A stretch of DNA of 63,228 nt, counting the filler. It is 3 parts of 3 records of this genome, joined end to end, with 100 filler letters (N's around TTAATTAATTAA, not from the genome) between each part and the next. Parts side by side here need not be neighbours in the genome. Positions count along the whole stretch, not along the records: positions 52,497 to 63,228 come from SRR22947727_1907; 2 more parts are not named here. One strand, written 5' to 3'. Each line of letters begins with the position of its first letter. The first letter of the stretch is position 1. Below the pieces are notes generated by a model. It was given only the letters and a program-made list of their open reading frames with translations. It ran no database searches and was not told where the DNA came from. Below, one piece after another: positions 61,738 to 63,228 of this stretch. Made by a program: the position numbers and the translations under genes.

Positions 61738-62949
61738 ATGCAGTCGCTCATTAAAATGAATTTATCTGCATTTAACTTTAGAGACTTTCGTCTCTACTTG
61801 CTGGGAAATCTATTTGCGATAAATGCACTTTGGATGCAACGAGTTACAATTGGCTGGATTGCTTGGGATCTTACAAAATCAGCTACTTTTGTAGGATTTG
61901 TAGCATTCATAAATTTTGCTCCAGCGATTATCACAGGGCCTTTATTTGGGGTTCTCATCGATAGGGTGAATGTAAAAAAAGCCGCTCAAGTGACACAGTT
62001 TAGTTTGTTCACAATTTCTGTTGGGTTTTATCTTTTTTTCCTTTTCGGGGGGCTCAATGAGTTATTTCTTTCTGTGCTCTCGCTATTATCGGGAATAGCC
62101 ACCTCTGCGCATAATCCAGTAAGATTATCGTTAGCACCAAGGCTCGTTAATCACGGATCGGTTTCCTCGGTTGTCTCAGTTGTTGCTATCAATTTCAATT
62201 TAGCAAGGTTAACGGGCCCCGCAATTGCCGGGTGGCTAATTGCGGTTTGGGGTTTGCAAATTACTCTGCTCGTCCAAAGCTTGTTATATTTACCCTTTAT
62301 ACTGATGTTAAACCTTTTACATCCTCGAGATCAGGTGCCCCTTAAGGCTGGCAAAGAGCCTTTTGGGGCGGCCCTACGTTCAGGCGTGAAGCACACGCTC
62401 TCTAATTCTTTAATGCGACACGCCCTTTTAATAACGAGCCTCTATGCTTTTCTAATTCGAGGAACTTTAGAAATTCTTCCAGTAATTGCTGATGGTATTT
62501 TCGCAAAAGGCGCTGCTGGCCTTGGAATACTGACATCAATTGCTGGATTTGGTGCAGTCGTTGCCGGGATAACAAAAGTATTCACTCAAAGCCAAAAAGC
62601 AGGAGAAATACCAAAATTTGTGATCGCCAGCGCATTGCTTGGGTTAGCGCTTATTCCGTTAGTCGGACTTTCAAACACATGGGAGTTAACAGTTGGATAC
62701 ATCTGCTACTTAGGATTTGCTGGAACTCTATCCGGCATTTCAATCCAAACAGCGCTTCAAATGGATTTGCCTGATAACTTTCGAGGACGCGTTATGAGCC
62801 TTTGGACGGTGGTCAATGTAGGTGCTACTGCGACAGGAGCGATGATTTTGGGGGGATTGGCCGATTATATTGGAATTCCAACAGCGTTCTGTTTCGCCGG
62901 GGGCCTTGGCACAGTGCTTTTAATAACGGCGGTCCTAAAAAACCGATGA
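61738..62949 (+). CDS. MFS transporter (MFS_3 / H+ antiporter-like)
   Basis: F..RDFRLY..G...WMQ, G.L.DR, FNLARLTGPAIAG, RGRVMS; about 12 TMs. Confidence 0.9.
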   Translation: MQSLIKMNLSAFNFRDFRLYLLGNLFAINALWMQRVTIGWIAWDLTKSATFVGFVAFINFAPAIITGPLFGVLIDRVNVKKAAQVTQFSLFTISVGFYLFFLFGGLNELFLSVLSLLSGIATSAHNPVRLSLAPRLVNHGSVSSVVSVVAINFNLARLTGPAIAGWLIAVWGLQITLLVQSLLYLPFILMLNLLHPRDQVPLKAGKEPFGAALRSGVKHTLSNSLMRHALLITSLYAFLIRGTLEILPVIADGIFAKGAAGLGILTSIAGFGAVVAGITKVFTQSQKAGEIPKFVIASALLGLALIPLVGLSNTWELTVGYICYLGFAGTLSGISIQTALQMDLPDNFRGRVMSLWTVVNVGATATGAMILGGLADYIGIPTAFCFAGGLGTVLLITAVLKNR

Positions 62950-63055
62950 GCCTGCAATAATTTATGAAATAACACCTAAACACAAACAAACTTTAGGGGA
63001 AGAGATCCACCAAGGTACGATCTATCACCTAATAATTTTCTGAACCGAATCGCCA

Positions 63056-63142
63056 TTAATCCCTTTTTATTGAGAAGTCTTAAGGTCGATCCACAGATTT
63101 TGTGGATAAGTTTCACAAAGATGGGGATAAGCCTGTGGGTAA
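63056..63142. promoter_or_regulatory. cluster of DnaA boxes with a near-consensus CtrA-like site
   Basis: TGTGGATAA 63101 (perfect), TGGGGATAA 63122, TGTGGGTAA 63134, CGATCCACA 63087; TTAA-N7-TTAT at 63056. Confidence 0.6.
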
Positions 63143-63228
63143 GCGTTTTCCTCTAAATTTATGCTTTGTACCTTCGGATTCCTGTGTACTCTCGTAGATA
63201 ATCTAGTCTGGGGGGTAACGAAATTTCA

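Overview
This window is not one locus. It is three unrelated contigs joined by 100-bp artificial linkers (N44-TTAATTAATTAA-N44 at 30599-30698 and 52397-52496). Contig 1 (1-30598) looks like marine Synechococcus. It starts with a tRNA-Ser 3' end and a small AT-rich islet, then pstCAB and core genes (dnaK/dnaJ, murQ, mtnP, ribBA, argC, purN, pgi, leuS, hfq, dapF, dacB, coaD, partial uvrC). Contig 2 (30699-52396) is a gammaproteobacterial core region with Pseudomonas/Cellvibrionales-type synteny: murB'-kdsB-lpxK-msbA-(exbD remnant)-comEC, lolCDE, nqrA-F-apbE-nqrM, gap and partial mfd. Contig 3 (52497-63228) is an AT-rich alphaproteobacterial (Rhodobacterales-like) accessory region. It holds a truncated integrase, a repeat-rich mobile-element end, and GMC oxidoreductase and hydratase genes. 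Its most interesting part is an apparently self-contained regulatory module. A ChvG/ChvI-like two-component pair is flanked by two promoters with identically spaced TGCA boxes (+11/+21/+22). Each promoter precedes a roughly 100-nt three-hairpin RNA with C/U-rich (anti-Shine-Dalgarno-like) loops, followed by small membrane or secreted proteins. The contig ends in a DnaA-box cluster. Taxonomic calls and family names come from motif recognition, not database searches.
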